From positions 877,942-941,941 of the forward strand of contig JBMOKY010000001.1 of assembly GCA_049325535.1 (NCBI GenBank): 64,000 nucleotides of DNA, given 5' to 3'. The stretch's first letter is position 1. Every line of letters starts with the position of its first letter. Shown here in pieces: positions 46,674-55,856 of this stretch. The translations under genes were made by a program, and so were the position numbers. The notes beneath the pieces were generated by a model, which saw nothing but the letters and a program-made list of their open reading frames with translations, did no database searches and was not told the DNA's origin. Source of the DNA: Patescibacteria group bacterium. GTDB lineage: Bacteria; Patescibacteriota; Patescibacteriia; UBA10025; JAHIVO01.

Positions 46674-47774
46674 ATGGACACTACGCAATCAGATCTCCCC
46701 TACTGGATCGCCTTTGCCTCCGGACGTTCTATCGGCGCGCGAACAATACATCAGCTAGCCGAATATTTTGGTACGCTCGAGGCGGCATGGCATGCGGACA
46801 TCACTGAACTGCTCGACGCAGGATTACCCCCTGTGCGTGCGGAACGGCTGGCGTCAGAACGGTTGACTATTGATCCCTTCAGCGTACTGGCCTCGCTCGA
46901 GCGCTTGCACATACAGACGGTCACCCCCCGCGACCAGGCCTATCCCCGCCTTCTCAAGGAAATATATGACCCGCCCGCAGTTATTTTTTACCGGGGCACA
47001 CTCCCGGCTCATGACGCACTGAGTGTGGCCATCGTCGGTTCCCGCAAAACATCCCCCTATGGTCGCCGAGTCACTCCACAGATCACCCAGCCGCTGGCGG
47101 CGGCGGGTATCGTCATCGTATCGGGTTTGGCCCTGGGGATCGACGCGCTGGCGCACCAGGCCGCGCTCGATAGCCAGGGCATCACCATCGGCGTACTGGC
47201 CTGCGGGGTGGACGCGCCCTACCCCCGGGCAAATGCGGGGTTAGCCGAAGCGATAATCACCCGGGGCGGTGCGATCATTTCTGAATTCCCGCCCGGCACT
47301 CCGCCCCTCAAACAACATTTCCCCATTCGTAACCGTATCATCGCCGGACTGGCGGCGGCAGTAGTAGTCATCGAAGGGGCGGAGGATTCCGGTTCGCTCA
47401 TTACTGCCCGCTGTGCCGCGGACAGTAACCGCGAAGTGTGCGCCGTACCTGGCAGCATCGAATCCGCTACCGCCCGCGGTCCGCACCGATTACTGCAAAT
47501 GGGTGCGCATCTGATCACCAGTGCAGCTGATGTGTGCGCCATCCTTCAGCTTGACAATACCCAGACAACGGTCCAGAATAGAACAATCTTACCCAGTACC
47601 GAAGCAGAACGTACAGTACTGGCGAGCATCGAGACTGAGCCAACTGATATTGACGAAATTTTTCAGCATAGTAGACTACCTAGCAGTATCGTCAATACCG
47701 CACTGACAACATTGGAAATGAAAGGATTGGTCCGTCATGAGGGCGGCACACGCTATAGTAAAACAAATACATAG
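46674..47774 (+). CDS. dprA: DNA-processing protein DprA
   Basis: YPRLLKEI, IVGSR, SGLALGID, FPIRNRIIAG, SGSLITA; C-terminal winged helix. Confidence 0.96.
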   Translation: MDTTQSDLPYWIAFASGRSIGARTIHQLAEYFGTLEAAWHADITELLDAGLPPVRAERLASERLTIDPFSVLASLERLHIQTVTPRDQAYPRLLKEIYDPPAVIFYRGTLPAHDALSVAIVGSRKTSPYGRRVTPQITQPLAAAGIVIVSGLALGIDALAHQAALDSQGITIGVLACGVDAPYPRANAGLAEAIITRGGAIISEFPPGTPPLKQHFPIRNRIIAGLAAAVVVIEGAEDSGSLITARCAADSNREVCAVPGSIESATARGPHRLLQMGAHLITSAADVCAILQLDNTQTTVQNRTILPSTEAERTVLASIETEPTDIDEIFQHSRLPSSIVNTALTTLEMKGLVRHEGGTRYSKTNT

Positions 47775-47873
47775 AACACTCTCTATTTACATGCATGGCG
47801 TATTGAAAACCGCGTTCCTGAACCGCTCCCGATTCCATCAGGATGCGCTTTTTCATACCTTCCCCCCGACACT

Positions 47874-50060
47874 ATGAAATTATTGATCGTCGAATCGCCC
47901 ACCAAGGCAAAAACCGTCACTAAATTCCTCGGGGACAAATCTCCCTATACCGTCGCTGCCAGCGTCGGGCATATTCGTGACTTGCCCAAAAGCAATACGA
48001 AGGCGATCGACATAGAGGCGGGCTTCGTCCCTCATTACGAAATTCCGGAAAAAAAGAAAGAGGTCGTCAGTCAGCTCAAATCGCTAGCAAAAAAAGCGGA
48101 GGAAATCATCCTGGCCACCGATCCTGATCGTGAAGGTGAGGCTATCGCTTGGCATATCGCCGAAGTACTCGACCATAGCAATCATATAAACCCCGACTCG
48201 ATCAAACGGGTGGTTTTTCATGAAATTACCCAATCGGCAATCGAAGAAGCCATGGCCCATCCCCGCGCTATCGACCAAAACCTGCGTATCGCTCAGGAAG
48301 CACGGCGGGTGCTGGATCGACTCGTGGGATACGACCTGAGCGGTCTCATCTGGAAAAAAGTGCGCTATGGGCTGTCTGCCGGACGCGTACAATCGCCAGC
48401 CCTGAGGATTCTGGCAGAACGTGAACGAGAAGTACGGGCGTTTGTTCCCGAGACGTTCTGGGTGATCCAGGCAGAGGTTGCCACCCAGTCCCAGGACGTG
48501 ATGCTGCTTACCTGCAGCGTCGAACCCCGCGAACGAACCCAAGTGGACACGATACTTACCGCCGGCAAAAAAGGTGACTGGAAAATTTCCGACGTGAAAA
48601 CCGCAGAAGGAAAGCGTACTCCGAAGCCACCCTTCATCACCTCGTCGCTGCAGCAGACTGCCAGCAGCCGACTTGGCTTTACCCCATCGCGTACTATGCG
48701 CGCAGCGCAGAAACTCTACGAAGCTGGCTATATCACCTACATGCGCACTGACAGCACCAATCTCAGCACCGAGGCGCTGGGACACGCGGCGCAAGTGATT
48801 GAAAAAGAATTTGGAAAAGAAAATCTGCAGCTCCGCCAATTTAAGACCACATCAAAGAACGCCCAAGAGGCTCACGAAGCTATCCGGCCGACGAACAGTA
48901 CGAAAAAATCAGCGGGTGCCAGTGACGACCAAAAACGCCTCTACCAGCTGATCCGCCAGCGCACCCTGGCCTCTCAGATGATTGACGCTCGGATACTCAA
49001 AACCAAAATCACCGCAAACATCACCACCGCGGCCATTCCCGATTTTACGGTCACCGGATCACACGTGGTCACTCCCGGCTGGTTGCTGGCTGACCCGGAA
49101 GCGCGGGGCGAGGACGTGGATCTTCCCCGCGTCACTGCTGGTGAACCGCTCCAGCTCAGAGCTATGACCGACGTGGAAAAACAAACCCAGCCGCCCGCAC
49201 GCTATTCTGAAGCAGGACTGATCCGCGAACTGGAAAAAAGAGGCATCGGCCGACCCAGCACGTACGCCTCTATTATCCAGACGCTCCTTGATCGGGGGTA
49301 CGTCACCAAAGACCGCTCCCGGCTCCAGCCGACCGATACCGGTGAAGTGGTCAGTGAATTTTTAGAAAAATATTTTGCCCAATATATCAGCGACTCATTC
49401 ACTGCCGAGATGGAAGATGAACTCGATGACATAGCGAATGGCAAGCGGGAGTACGTCAATACCCTCAAAAGTTTCTACGAGCCTTTTTCCCGCGATATCC
49501 GAGAAAAAGAAAACATCCCAAAAATTACCAATCTCGGCAATGCTGATGCGGCACATACCTGCCCGAAATGCAGCTCCCCGATGATTATCAAACTGGGAAA
49601 AAACGGAAAATTCCTCAGCTGTTCCCGTTTCCCCGAGTGTGATGGCGCCTTGCTAATCAATGGCGAGGAACTCAAAGGGCCACAAACCCTGGGTACTCAT
49701 CCGGATACCGGAGAAAAAATATTTGTTTTAGACGGCCGGTTTGGTCCGTACCTGCAGGTCGGTGAAAAAACAAAAGCCCAGCCCAAACCAAAACGCGCCA
49801 GCATCCCGGCCGATATAGATCCGTCGACCATCACCATGGAACAGGCGCAAAAGCTCCTGAGCTTGCCACGACTCCTGGGCGTCCATCCGCAGACCGGCAA
49901 AGACATTCTGGCCAATAAGGGCCGGTTTGGTCCGTACATCGTGCATGACGGGGATTTCCGGTCGCTGAAGAAGGACGACGTATACACCATCGCCCTTCCA
50001 CGTGCCCTCGAAATTCTGGCTGAGGAAAAAAAGACCCGGCGCGGCAAGAAGAAAAAATAA
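47874..50060 (+). CDS. topA: DNA topoisomerase I
   Basis: IVESPTKAK, ATDPDREGE, SAGRVQ, ITYMRTD, EAHEAIRP; one Zn ribbon and GRFGPY repeats. Confidence 0.97.
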   Translation: MKLLIVESPTKAKTVTKFLGDKSPYTVAASVGHIRDLPKSNTKAIDIEAGFVPHYEIPEKKKEVVSQLKSLAKKAEEIILATDPDREGEAIAWHIAEVLDHSNHINPDSIKRVVFHEITQSAIEEAMAHPRAIDQNLRIAQEARRVLDRLVGYDLSGLIWKKVRYGLSAGRVQSPALRILAEREREVRAFVPETFWVIQAEVATQSQDVMLLTCSVEPRERTQVDTILTAGKKGDWKISDVKTAEGKRTPKPPFITSSLQQTASSRLGFTPSRTMRAAQKLYEAGYITYMRTDSTNLSTEALGHAAQVIEKEFGKENLQLRQFKTTSKNAQEAHEAIRPTNSTKKSAGASDDQKRLYQLIRQRTLASQMIDARILKTKITANITTAAIPDFTVTGSHVVTPGWLLADPEARGEDVDLPRVTAGEPLQLRAMTDVEKQTQPPARYSEAGLIRELEKRGIGRPSTYASIIQTLLDRGYVTKDRSRLQPTDTGEVVSEFLEKYFAQYISDSFTAEMEDELDDIANGKREYVNTLKSFYEPFSRDIREKENIPKITNLGNADAAHTCPKCSSPMIIKLGKNGKFLSCSRFPECDGALLINGEELKGPQTLGTHPDTGEKIFVLDGRFGPYLQVGEKTKAQPKPKRASIPADIDPSTITMEQAQKLLSLPRLLGVHPQTGKDILANKGRFGPYIVHDGDFRSLKKDDVYTIALPRALEILAEEKKTRRGKKKK

Positions 50061-50073
50061 CACCCTTTTTATT

Positions 50074-51024
50074 ATGTCTCATATTCTCATCACGGGTGCT
50101 GCGGGCCAAGTCGGCTCCGCACTGCTCTCGGCACTCATCACGAAATATGGCGCGGACAATATCGTCATCACCATCCACAAAACGCCCGCGCAGGAATCGC
50201 CGTGCGCCACGGAAACAGTAGACACGACTGACCGGGAAGCATTACGAACCGTTATCAATAAATATCAGATTGATACCGTCTATCACCTCTCAGGCATGCT
50301 CTCCGCAGCGAGCGAAAAATACCCCGATCGCGCCTGGCAGGTTAATTTTACCAGTCTCAAAAACATTTTAGACCTGGCTCGTGAACTGCCTATTTCCAAA
50401 ATTTTCTGGCCCAGCTCCATCGCCGCATTTGGCCCGAATACCCCAAAAGAGGACACCCCCCAATCAACCATCCTCGAACCCAGTACCATGTACGGGGTAG
50501 CAAAAGTAGCCGGAGAACTGCTGTGCAACTACTACTACCACAAATTTAAGGTCGATATTCGAAGTGTCCGATACCCCGGCCTGATCAGTCATGCCGCGCC
50601 TCCGGCTGATGGGACGACTGAGTATTCCATCGCCATGTTTTATGCTGCACTTGAGGGAAAGCCATTCAGCTGTTTTCTCAAAGCAGATACCGCCCTCCCC
50701 ATGATGTACATGGATGACGCTATCAAGGGTACGATCGATCTAATGGAAGCCGATCCGAATCGACTGTCCACGCGTATGAGCTACAATCTGACCGCCTTGA
50801 GCTTCACTCCGGCTGAGCTGACCGCCGCCATACAGAAACACATCCCGAATTTTACGGTCTCGTATCAACCGGATTTCCACCAGGCCATCGCAGATTCCTG
50901 GCCGCGGTCCATCGATGATTCGGTCGCCCGACGTGACTGGGACTGGCAACCGGCGTTTGATCTCGAAACCATGACCGCCGACATGTTCCTGCACTTGCGA
51001 AAAAAACTGAATATTCCGGCATAA
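50074..51024 (+). CDS. SDR-type L-threonine 3-dehydrogenase-like NAD-dependent epimerase/dehydratase
   Basis: ITGAAGQVG, PSSIAAFG, YGVAK, IADSWP; start reset to ATG 50074. Confidence 0.8.
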   Translation: MSHILITGAAGQVGSALLSALITKYGADNIVITIHKTPAQESPCATETVDTTDREALRTVINKYQIDTVYHLSGMLSAASEKYPDRAWQVNFTSLKNILDLARELPISKIFWPSSIAAFGPNTPKEDTPQSTILEPSTMYGVAKVAGELLCNYYYHKFKVDIRSVRYPGLISHAAPPADGTTEYSIAMFYAALEGKPFSCFLKADTALPMMYMDDAIKGTIDLMEADPNRLSTRMSYNLTALSFTPAELTAAIQKHIPNFTVSYQPDFHQAIADSWPRSIDDSVARRDWDWQPAFDLETMTADMFLHLRKKLNIPA

Positions 51025-51032
51025 CCGCCAAC

Positions 51033-51061
51033 AACCACCCTGATCATGAGGGTGGTTTTTT
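51033..51061 (+). terminator. Intrinsic terminator between convergent genes
   Basis: AACCACCCT-7 nt-AGGGTGGTT followed by T run. Confidence 0.75.
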
Positions 51062-51074
51062 CGCTCACCGCTCA

Positions 51075-53378
51075 TCACGGTACCGACGGCTGTACACTGT
51101 TCTGCAACTGATTAAGTCGATCCGCCGCTTGGGTATTTCCCGGATCCAATTGCATCAGAGACTGTAATTCGGTCATCGCCCGGTCCCTCTGGTCCTGGGC
51201 CTCATAGATCAGCGAGCGCTGCCAGTACACACCTAGGTACCCCGGGGCCATATCCAGCACCTGCTGATAGCCCTGCAGCGCCGTATCATACTGCCCGGCC
51301 TCATAGTGGAGCGTGGCAAGCGCATACCGGGCATCGGGATTGTCCGGATACCGTGCGATTGTGGACTCTAAATGAGTGATGGCCTGCTCGGTATCTCCCA
51401 GCGTTTGATAGGCAAGGGCGATATTGAAATCCGCAATGATGAAATCCCGTTTCATCCCGGCAGCTTGACGAAAATCACCGATCGCCTGGGTGATGGCCGA
51501 CCGCGCTTCGTCGTTCAGCGCATCAGACTGCGGTGACTGCGCTGCCAGGAGCCGCGCCCGCCCGAGATTGAGCCGAATCAGTGGATCAGTAGGATTAAGC
51601 ACCGCGGCTTTTGCATATGCGGACACCGAGAGTTGATCGACATTGCTGACCACACCACGCAGCGTATCGTATACCGACGCTTCCCGCTCGGGAATCGTCG
51701 GATCAGCGACAAACCGAGTCTGCACGGAAATCAAAGTATCAATCACGACTTGGGCATACTGCTGAACCACCCCGTCAGTCTCGGCTCCCGATTCCTGGAT
51801 GGACCGTGCGTGCGCTGCGTATCCCTGAGCTTTCAGTAGATACAACCGCGCATCCCAGGGATTGTGACGCAATGCCACAGTGATTTCATCCACGATATCC
51901 TGAAACGGCGCCTGAGCAGCTATCTCGTCCTGAGCCCGAATAAAGTGCCGATCGGCATTCCAAACCATATACCCTCTCGCCACCACGACGACCAGTACCC
52001 CAGCGACTACGACTACCGGAACGATCCGCCACGGACCAAAACCCCCGGTGAATTTCCATATACCGCGTATGCGCCATACTCCATGCAATTCTCCGACACC
52101 GAGTATCAGCGCCAGCAATGCCCACCACCAGACCCAGTACACCACACTGACGTTTGCTACCATGCCAAATACCGTCATGCCCAGCCACGCAATACCCACG
52201 GTGCCAAGCCACATGTCCGACGGCGAATGCCGTTTGGATGGTCGTACTGCCTGATATACATGCCATACCACCCATCCACTGAGGAGCACCAGAAAAAACA
52301 CCGCGCCAACCCCCAGCATACTGACCATACCCAACCATTCACTGGACGATTTGACGAACCGGACATTCCACAGTGCCGTATCATTGAAACGCACTGGTCG
52401 CAATGAAGAAAAATCATAATAAAACGTCTGTGGCCCGCTCCCCCACAGTGGCGACTCAATCAAACGCTGTTGCGTGAGATATAATCCCGTATCAGCATCG
52501 AGGCTGACCTGCTCACTCACAACCGATGGCCGAAATGAGAAACCGGTACTCAGTAGCAATCCAGCGGCAATAACCACAGTAATCGTCGGTAGCACCACCC
52601 ACCAGCGTGAAAGCAGCCGGGAATGGATACTGGCATAGACAAACCACAACAGCCCCATGCCACCCAATAGGTACATCGGCACCACGACCTGATAACGATA
52701 TAGGACCACTGCTCCGAGGAGAGCAAGTGCCGCCGGTGCGATACGCCACTGTCGTGGAGCATACTGCAGGGTAACCATCCCGAAAAAAAGGACCACAGCA
52801 CTGATCAGCGATACCACGGCACTGGTGTTTGATAGGGGATTAAATTGGACACTATCAGTAATCCCCCCCGGGAGGATAAAACGCGATGACACCTGCAGCA
52901 GTGCGCTGCCCAATGCCAGACCGCTCCCTGCCAAAAGGGCGATGAAATACTGCCAGACGACACGCCACGTCGTGAGCGTATGGATTATGATCCAGGCACA
53001 TACGACGTAAGCCAGCATGATAATCATACCGGCATGATGAAATCCGCTTACCCCAACCAGACTGACGTACCAATTAAAGGAGAACGCGCCAGACACTACT
53101 ACAAACACGACGAAACCGCCGATGAGCCAGCCAAATGGCCGGCGGATCAATGGAAGCTGGTGCCGAAGTGCAGCATCAATGCAGAGCGCCACGGCCGCTA
53201 GACCAGTGATGATAACGAAAAAGAATGCCTTTGGGAATTCCACAGGTGCGCTGTTGCCCGGATAAAAAAAGAGTGGCACGCCAGCCAGCAAACAGATGAT
53301 CAGCCATTGTGCTACCGCAAGCCAAATCGTGGGCTGGTCACGATGAAATACGGACATGAATCGACTGAATACGCCCAT
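51075..53378 (-). CDS. Polytopic membrane protein, O-antigen ligase/O-OTase-like, with C-terminal TPR repeats
   Basis: More than 10 TM helices, PLWGSGPQTF loop motif, TPR pattern at C-terminus. Confidence 0.65.
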   Translation of the reverse strand: MGVFSRFMSVFHRDQPTIWLAVAQWLIICLLAGVPLFFYPGNSAPVEFPKAFFFVIITGLAAVALCIDAALRHQLPLIRRPFGWLIGGFVVFVVVSGAFSFNWYVSLVGVSGFHHAGMIIMLAYVVCAWIIIHTLTTWRVVWQYFIALLAGSGLALGSALLQVSSRFILPGGITDSVQFNPLSNTSAVVSLISAVVLFFGMVTLQYAPRQWRIAPAALALLGAVVLYRYQVVVPMYLLGGMGLLWFVYASIHSRLLSRWWVVLPTITVVIAAGLLLSTGFSFRPSVVSEQVSLDADTGLYLTQQRLIESPLWGSGPQTFYYDFSSLRPVRFNDTALWNVRFVKSSSEWLGMVSMLGVGAVFFLVLLSGWVVWHVYQAVRPSKRHSPSDMWLGTVGIAWLGMTVFGMVANVSVVYWVWWWALLALILGVGELHGVWRIRGIWKFTGGFGPWRIVPVVVVAGVLVVVVARGYMVWNADRHFIRAQDEIAAQAPFQDIVDEITVALRHNPWDARLYLLKAQGYAAHARSIQESGAETDGVVQQYAQVVIDTLISVQTRFVADPTIPEREASVYDTLRGVVSNVDQLSVSAYAKAAVLNPTDPLIRLNLGRARLLAAQSPQSDALNDEARSAITQAIGDFRQAAGMKRDFIIADFNIALAYQTLGDTEQAITHLESTIARYPDNPDARYALATLHYEAGQYDTALQGYQQVLDMAPGYLGVYWQRSLIYEAQDQRDRAMTELQSLMQLDPGNTQAADRLNQLQNSVQPSVP

Positions 53379-53380
53379 GA

Positions 53381-54223
53381 CTAGGTAATTTTCTTAATAA
53401 TAGCGGTTAGTTCCTCCGCAGAATAAAAATGTATGGTAATGGTCCCCTGCCCACCCGATCGCCGCAGCTCAACTTTTGTCCCCAGTGCTTCCCGCAGGCG
53501 ATCTTCCTGAGCCGCCAGATTCGGATCTGCCTGAGTTCGCCGAGTATGCGTCCGTACCGTCACCCGTCGTGCCTGGGATTCGGCTACCCGCACCGTCAGT
53601 TTCTTTTCCATGATTTCCTTAAATAACCGATCGCGCTCCGCCTCATTGCGCACACTCAGCAGCACTTTGGCATGGCCCTCAGTCAACCGTCCGTCAGCCA
53701 GCGCTTCCTGCACCGGTCGCGGCAAACTCAGCATACGGACGGCATTGGCTACCGCTGCGCGGCTCTGGCCTACCTGTTTGGCCACCGCATCCTGAGTCAT
53801 ATTGAATTCATCGATCAATCGCTGATACCCCACCGCCTTATCAATCGGATTGAGGTTTTGGCGCTGTACATTTTCCACCAAAGCCAATTCCAGTTTTTGC
53901 TGCTCCGTTGCCGTCCGGACGATAGCTGGTACTTTTTTCTTGCCCAATATTTTTGCTGCGCGCAAGCGGCGTTCACCGGCAATCAGCTGGTACTGGCCAC
54001 CGTCCGCGATGACCACCAGCGGCTGGATGATGCCGTGTTCTTTGATAGACTGCACCAGATCTTCGAGCGCGTCATGGTCAAACTGCTGACGCGGCTGCTG
54101 TGAATTCGGCTTAATACGCTCCACCGGTACCTGTAGTACCGCATCAGCCGACGATCCCGCTGCCTGACCCGGGACCGGTGGGATCAATGAATTGAGACCA
54201 CGGCCGAGAGTTGTCGTGTTCAT
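53381..54223 (-). CDS. parB: Chromosome partitioning protein ParB/Spo0J
   Basis: LGRGL, QPR, GIIQP, IAGERRLRA, ENVQR. Confidence 0.95.
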   Translation of the reverse strand: MNTTTLGRGLNSLIPPVPGQAAGSSADAVLQVPVERIKPNSQQPRQQFDHDALEDLVQSIKEHGIIQPLVVIADGGQYQLIAGERRLRAAKILGKKKVPAIVRTATEQQKLELALVENVQRQNLNPIDKAVGYQRLIDEFNMTQDAVAKQVGQSRAAVANAVRMLSLPRPVQEALADGRLTEGHAKVLLSVRNEAERDRLFKEIMEKKLTVRVAESQARRVTVRTHTRRTQADPNLAAQEDRLREALGTKVELRRSGGQGTITIHFYSAEELTAIIKKIT

Positions 54224-54235
54224 AGCATTAGCTCC

Positions 54236-55021
54236 TTACCATTGAGATGGTATTTGTTGTTCATGATAATCAATAAATTCTTTCGCCAATCGCTCATAGG
54301 CTTTGGCGCCGGGCGACCGCTTGTCATAGTGAAAAATGCTTTTGCCAAAACTGGGGGCCTCAGCCAATTTCACGTTTCGCGGAATCACTGTCCGGAAAAT
54401 TTTATTGGGGAAATATTTATACAGCTCGTTGAAAATATCCTGGGACAATCGGTTCCGGTCATCGTACATCGTCATCACCGCTCCCAAAACTTGTAAATTT
54501 GGCTGCAACCGCTCCTGTATCAGCTGCACGGTCTGCAGCAGCTGCCCGAGCCCTTCCAGTGCATAGTACTCAGTCTGGACAGGGATAAGCACTTCGTCGG
54601 CGGCTACTAAACCATTGATGGTGAGCAGGCATAGTGACGGCGGATTATCGATGATGATGTAGTCATAATCATTGCGTACTTCAAGCGTAGCAGTATGCAG
54701 CCGATGCTCACGGCGCTCCAGACCGACCAATTCTACCCGCGCCCCCGCCAGATCAGCCGTAGCCGGCGCCAGGCTCAAACCATCGACGGTGGTCGGCTGA
54801 ATCACTTCCTTGATTGACACCTCAGTGACCAGGGGATGGTAGATACCCTGTTCTACCTGACGATAGTCGACGCCCAATCCTGAAGAAGCGTTGCCCTGAG
54901 GATCGAGGTCTACCAGCAATACATATTTACCCTGCCGTGCTAAATACACCGCAAGGTTAACCGCCGTGGTGGTCTTGCCGACGCCTCCTTTTTGATTCAC
55001 GATTGAGATAACTTTTGGCAT
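54236..55021 (-). CDS. parA: Chromosome partitioning ATPase ParA/Soj
   Basis: NQKGGVGKTTT, DLDPQGNA, EYYALEG, LAEAPSFG. Confidence 0.96.
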   Translation of the reverse strand: MPKVISIVNQKGGVGKTTTAVNLAVYLARQGKYVLLVDLDPQGNASSGLGVDYRQVEQGIYHPLVTEVSIKEVIQPTTVDGLSLAPATADLAGARVELVGLERREHRLHTATLEVRNDYDYIIIDNPPSLCLLTINGLVAADEVLIPVQTEYYALEGLGQLLQTVQLIQERLQPNLQVLGAVMTMYDDRNRLSQDIFNELYKYFPNKIFRTVIPRNVKLAEAPSFGKSIFHYDKRSPGAKAYERLAKEFIDYHEQQIPSQW

Positions 55022-55052
55022 ACGATAGTGGCCTTAGTATAGCAGAAAAACG

Positions 55053-55082
55053 TTGACAAAAACAGTGGATTTCTAGTAGAAT
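55053..55082 (+). promoter_or_regulatory. Sigma70 promoter reading into the tRNA-Leu fragment/GIY-YIG/tRNA-Leu unit
   Basis: TTGACA-18 nt-TAGAAT; divergent extended -10 TGCTATACT (55036-55044) for parA. Confidence 0.65.
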
Positions 55083-55107
55083 CATTCAGTATACACTCGT
55101 CACTCAG

Positions 55108-55168
55108 GCCGCCGTGGTGGAACTGGTAGACACGCACGACCTGCCTGCCGGCAGGCAGGCTCAAAATC
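55108..55168 (+). pseudogene. Duplicated 5' 41 nt of tRNA-Leu(CAA) interrupted by a perfect 20-bp palindrome
   Basis: Identical to 55428-55468 once CCTGCCTGCCGGCAGGCAGG (55140-55159) is removed. Confidence 0.9.
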
Positions 55169-55188
55169 CCATGGAGCCAATCGCCAAC

Positions 55189-55422
55189 ATGTACGTCACC
55201 TACGCAATTAAGAGTCAAACAAAAAAATACCTCTACGTCGGACTTACCAATAATTTGACGAGGCGGTTAAAAGAACATAATCAGGGTCAGAATAAAACCA
55301 CAAGACCCTACAGGCCATTCAAGCTCGTTCTCCAGGAAACATATCAATCGCGAATTGAAGCAAGAAAACGAGAAAAGCAATTAAAAAGTGGGTACGGAAG
55401 AGAATATTTGAAAAAATTGTGA
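55189..55422 (+). CDS. Stand-alone GIY-YIG nuclease (77 aa; alternative start 55171)
   Basis: YVTYAI...LYVGLT.NL.RRL.EHN.G...EARKREKQLK; AT-rich relative to flanks. Confidence 0.9.
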   Translation: MYVTYAIKSQTKKYLYVGLTNNLTRRLKEHNQGQNKTTRPYRPFKLVLQETYQSRIEARKREKQLKSGYGREYLKKL

Positions 55423-55427
55423 CACAT

Positions 55428-55512
55428 GCCGCCGTGGTGGAACTGGTAGACACGCACGACTCAAAATCGTGTGAGGCGACTCATGTCGGTTCGAGTCCGA
55501 CCGGCGGCACCA
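55428..55512 (+). tRNA. tRNA-Leu(CAA) with encoded CCA
   Basis: Cloverleaf with long variable arm; anticodon arm CACGA-CTCAAAA-TCGTG. Confidence 0.96.
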
Positions 55513-55513
55513 C

Positions 55514-55546
55514 AAAAACCCCATACTCTTTCACGGGGTTATTTTT
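55514..55546. terminator. Possible bidirectional terminator between convergent tRNAs
   Basis: A-tract, AACCCC...GGGGTT stem, T-tract. Confidence 0.5.
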
Positions 55547-55550
55547 AGTC

Positions 55551-55627
55551 TGGTACCAGGGGTGGGATTCGAACCCACGACCTCGGGCTTATGAGTCCCA
55601 CGCTCTAACCAACTGAGCTACCCTGGC
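55551..55627 (-). tRNA. tRNA with CAT anticodon (elongator Met or Ile2)
   Basis: GCCAGGGTAGCTCAGTTGGTTAGAGCGTGGGACTCATAAGCCCGAGGTCGTGGGTTCGAATCCCACCCCTGGTACCA. Confidence 0.9.
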
Positions 55628-55646
55628 TCATTGTTTTATGTCGGCT

Positions 55647-55721
55647 TGGTTGCGGGGGCGGGATTTGCACCCGCGATCTCCGGATTATGAGCCCGGCGAG
55701 ATTCTACTTCTCCACCCCGCG
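55647..55721 (-). tRNA. Initiator tRNA-fMet(CAT)
   Basis: CGCGGGG acceptor with C1:A72 mismatch, GGG in anticodon stem, CAT anticodon, CCA end. Confidence 0.88.
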
Positions 55722-55856
55722 ATATTGATAAGAGTCAGGCAGTGCGCCATTGACCGCCATACTGATGTGGTTGGCATTGTAATGGATATGACTCAATCGG
55801 TCAAGTGATGTCCGACGGGACTGGTCGCTTGAGAGAATATTCGCTATAGTTACGCC

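Noticed and set aside
55114-55188. N-terminal extension of the GIY-YIG ORF (MVELVDTHDLPAGRQA), and ORF 55419-55616
   Set aside because: These are translations of tRNA and palindrome sequence, not credible protein
55108-55512. Group I intron with homing endonuclease in tRNA-Leu
   Set aside because: The downstream tRNA is already complete, and almost all intervening sequence is the ORF, leaving no room for a ribozyme core
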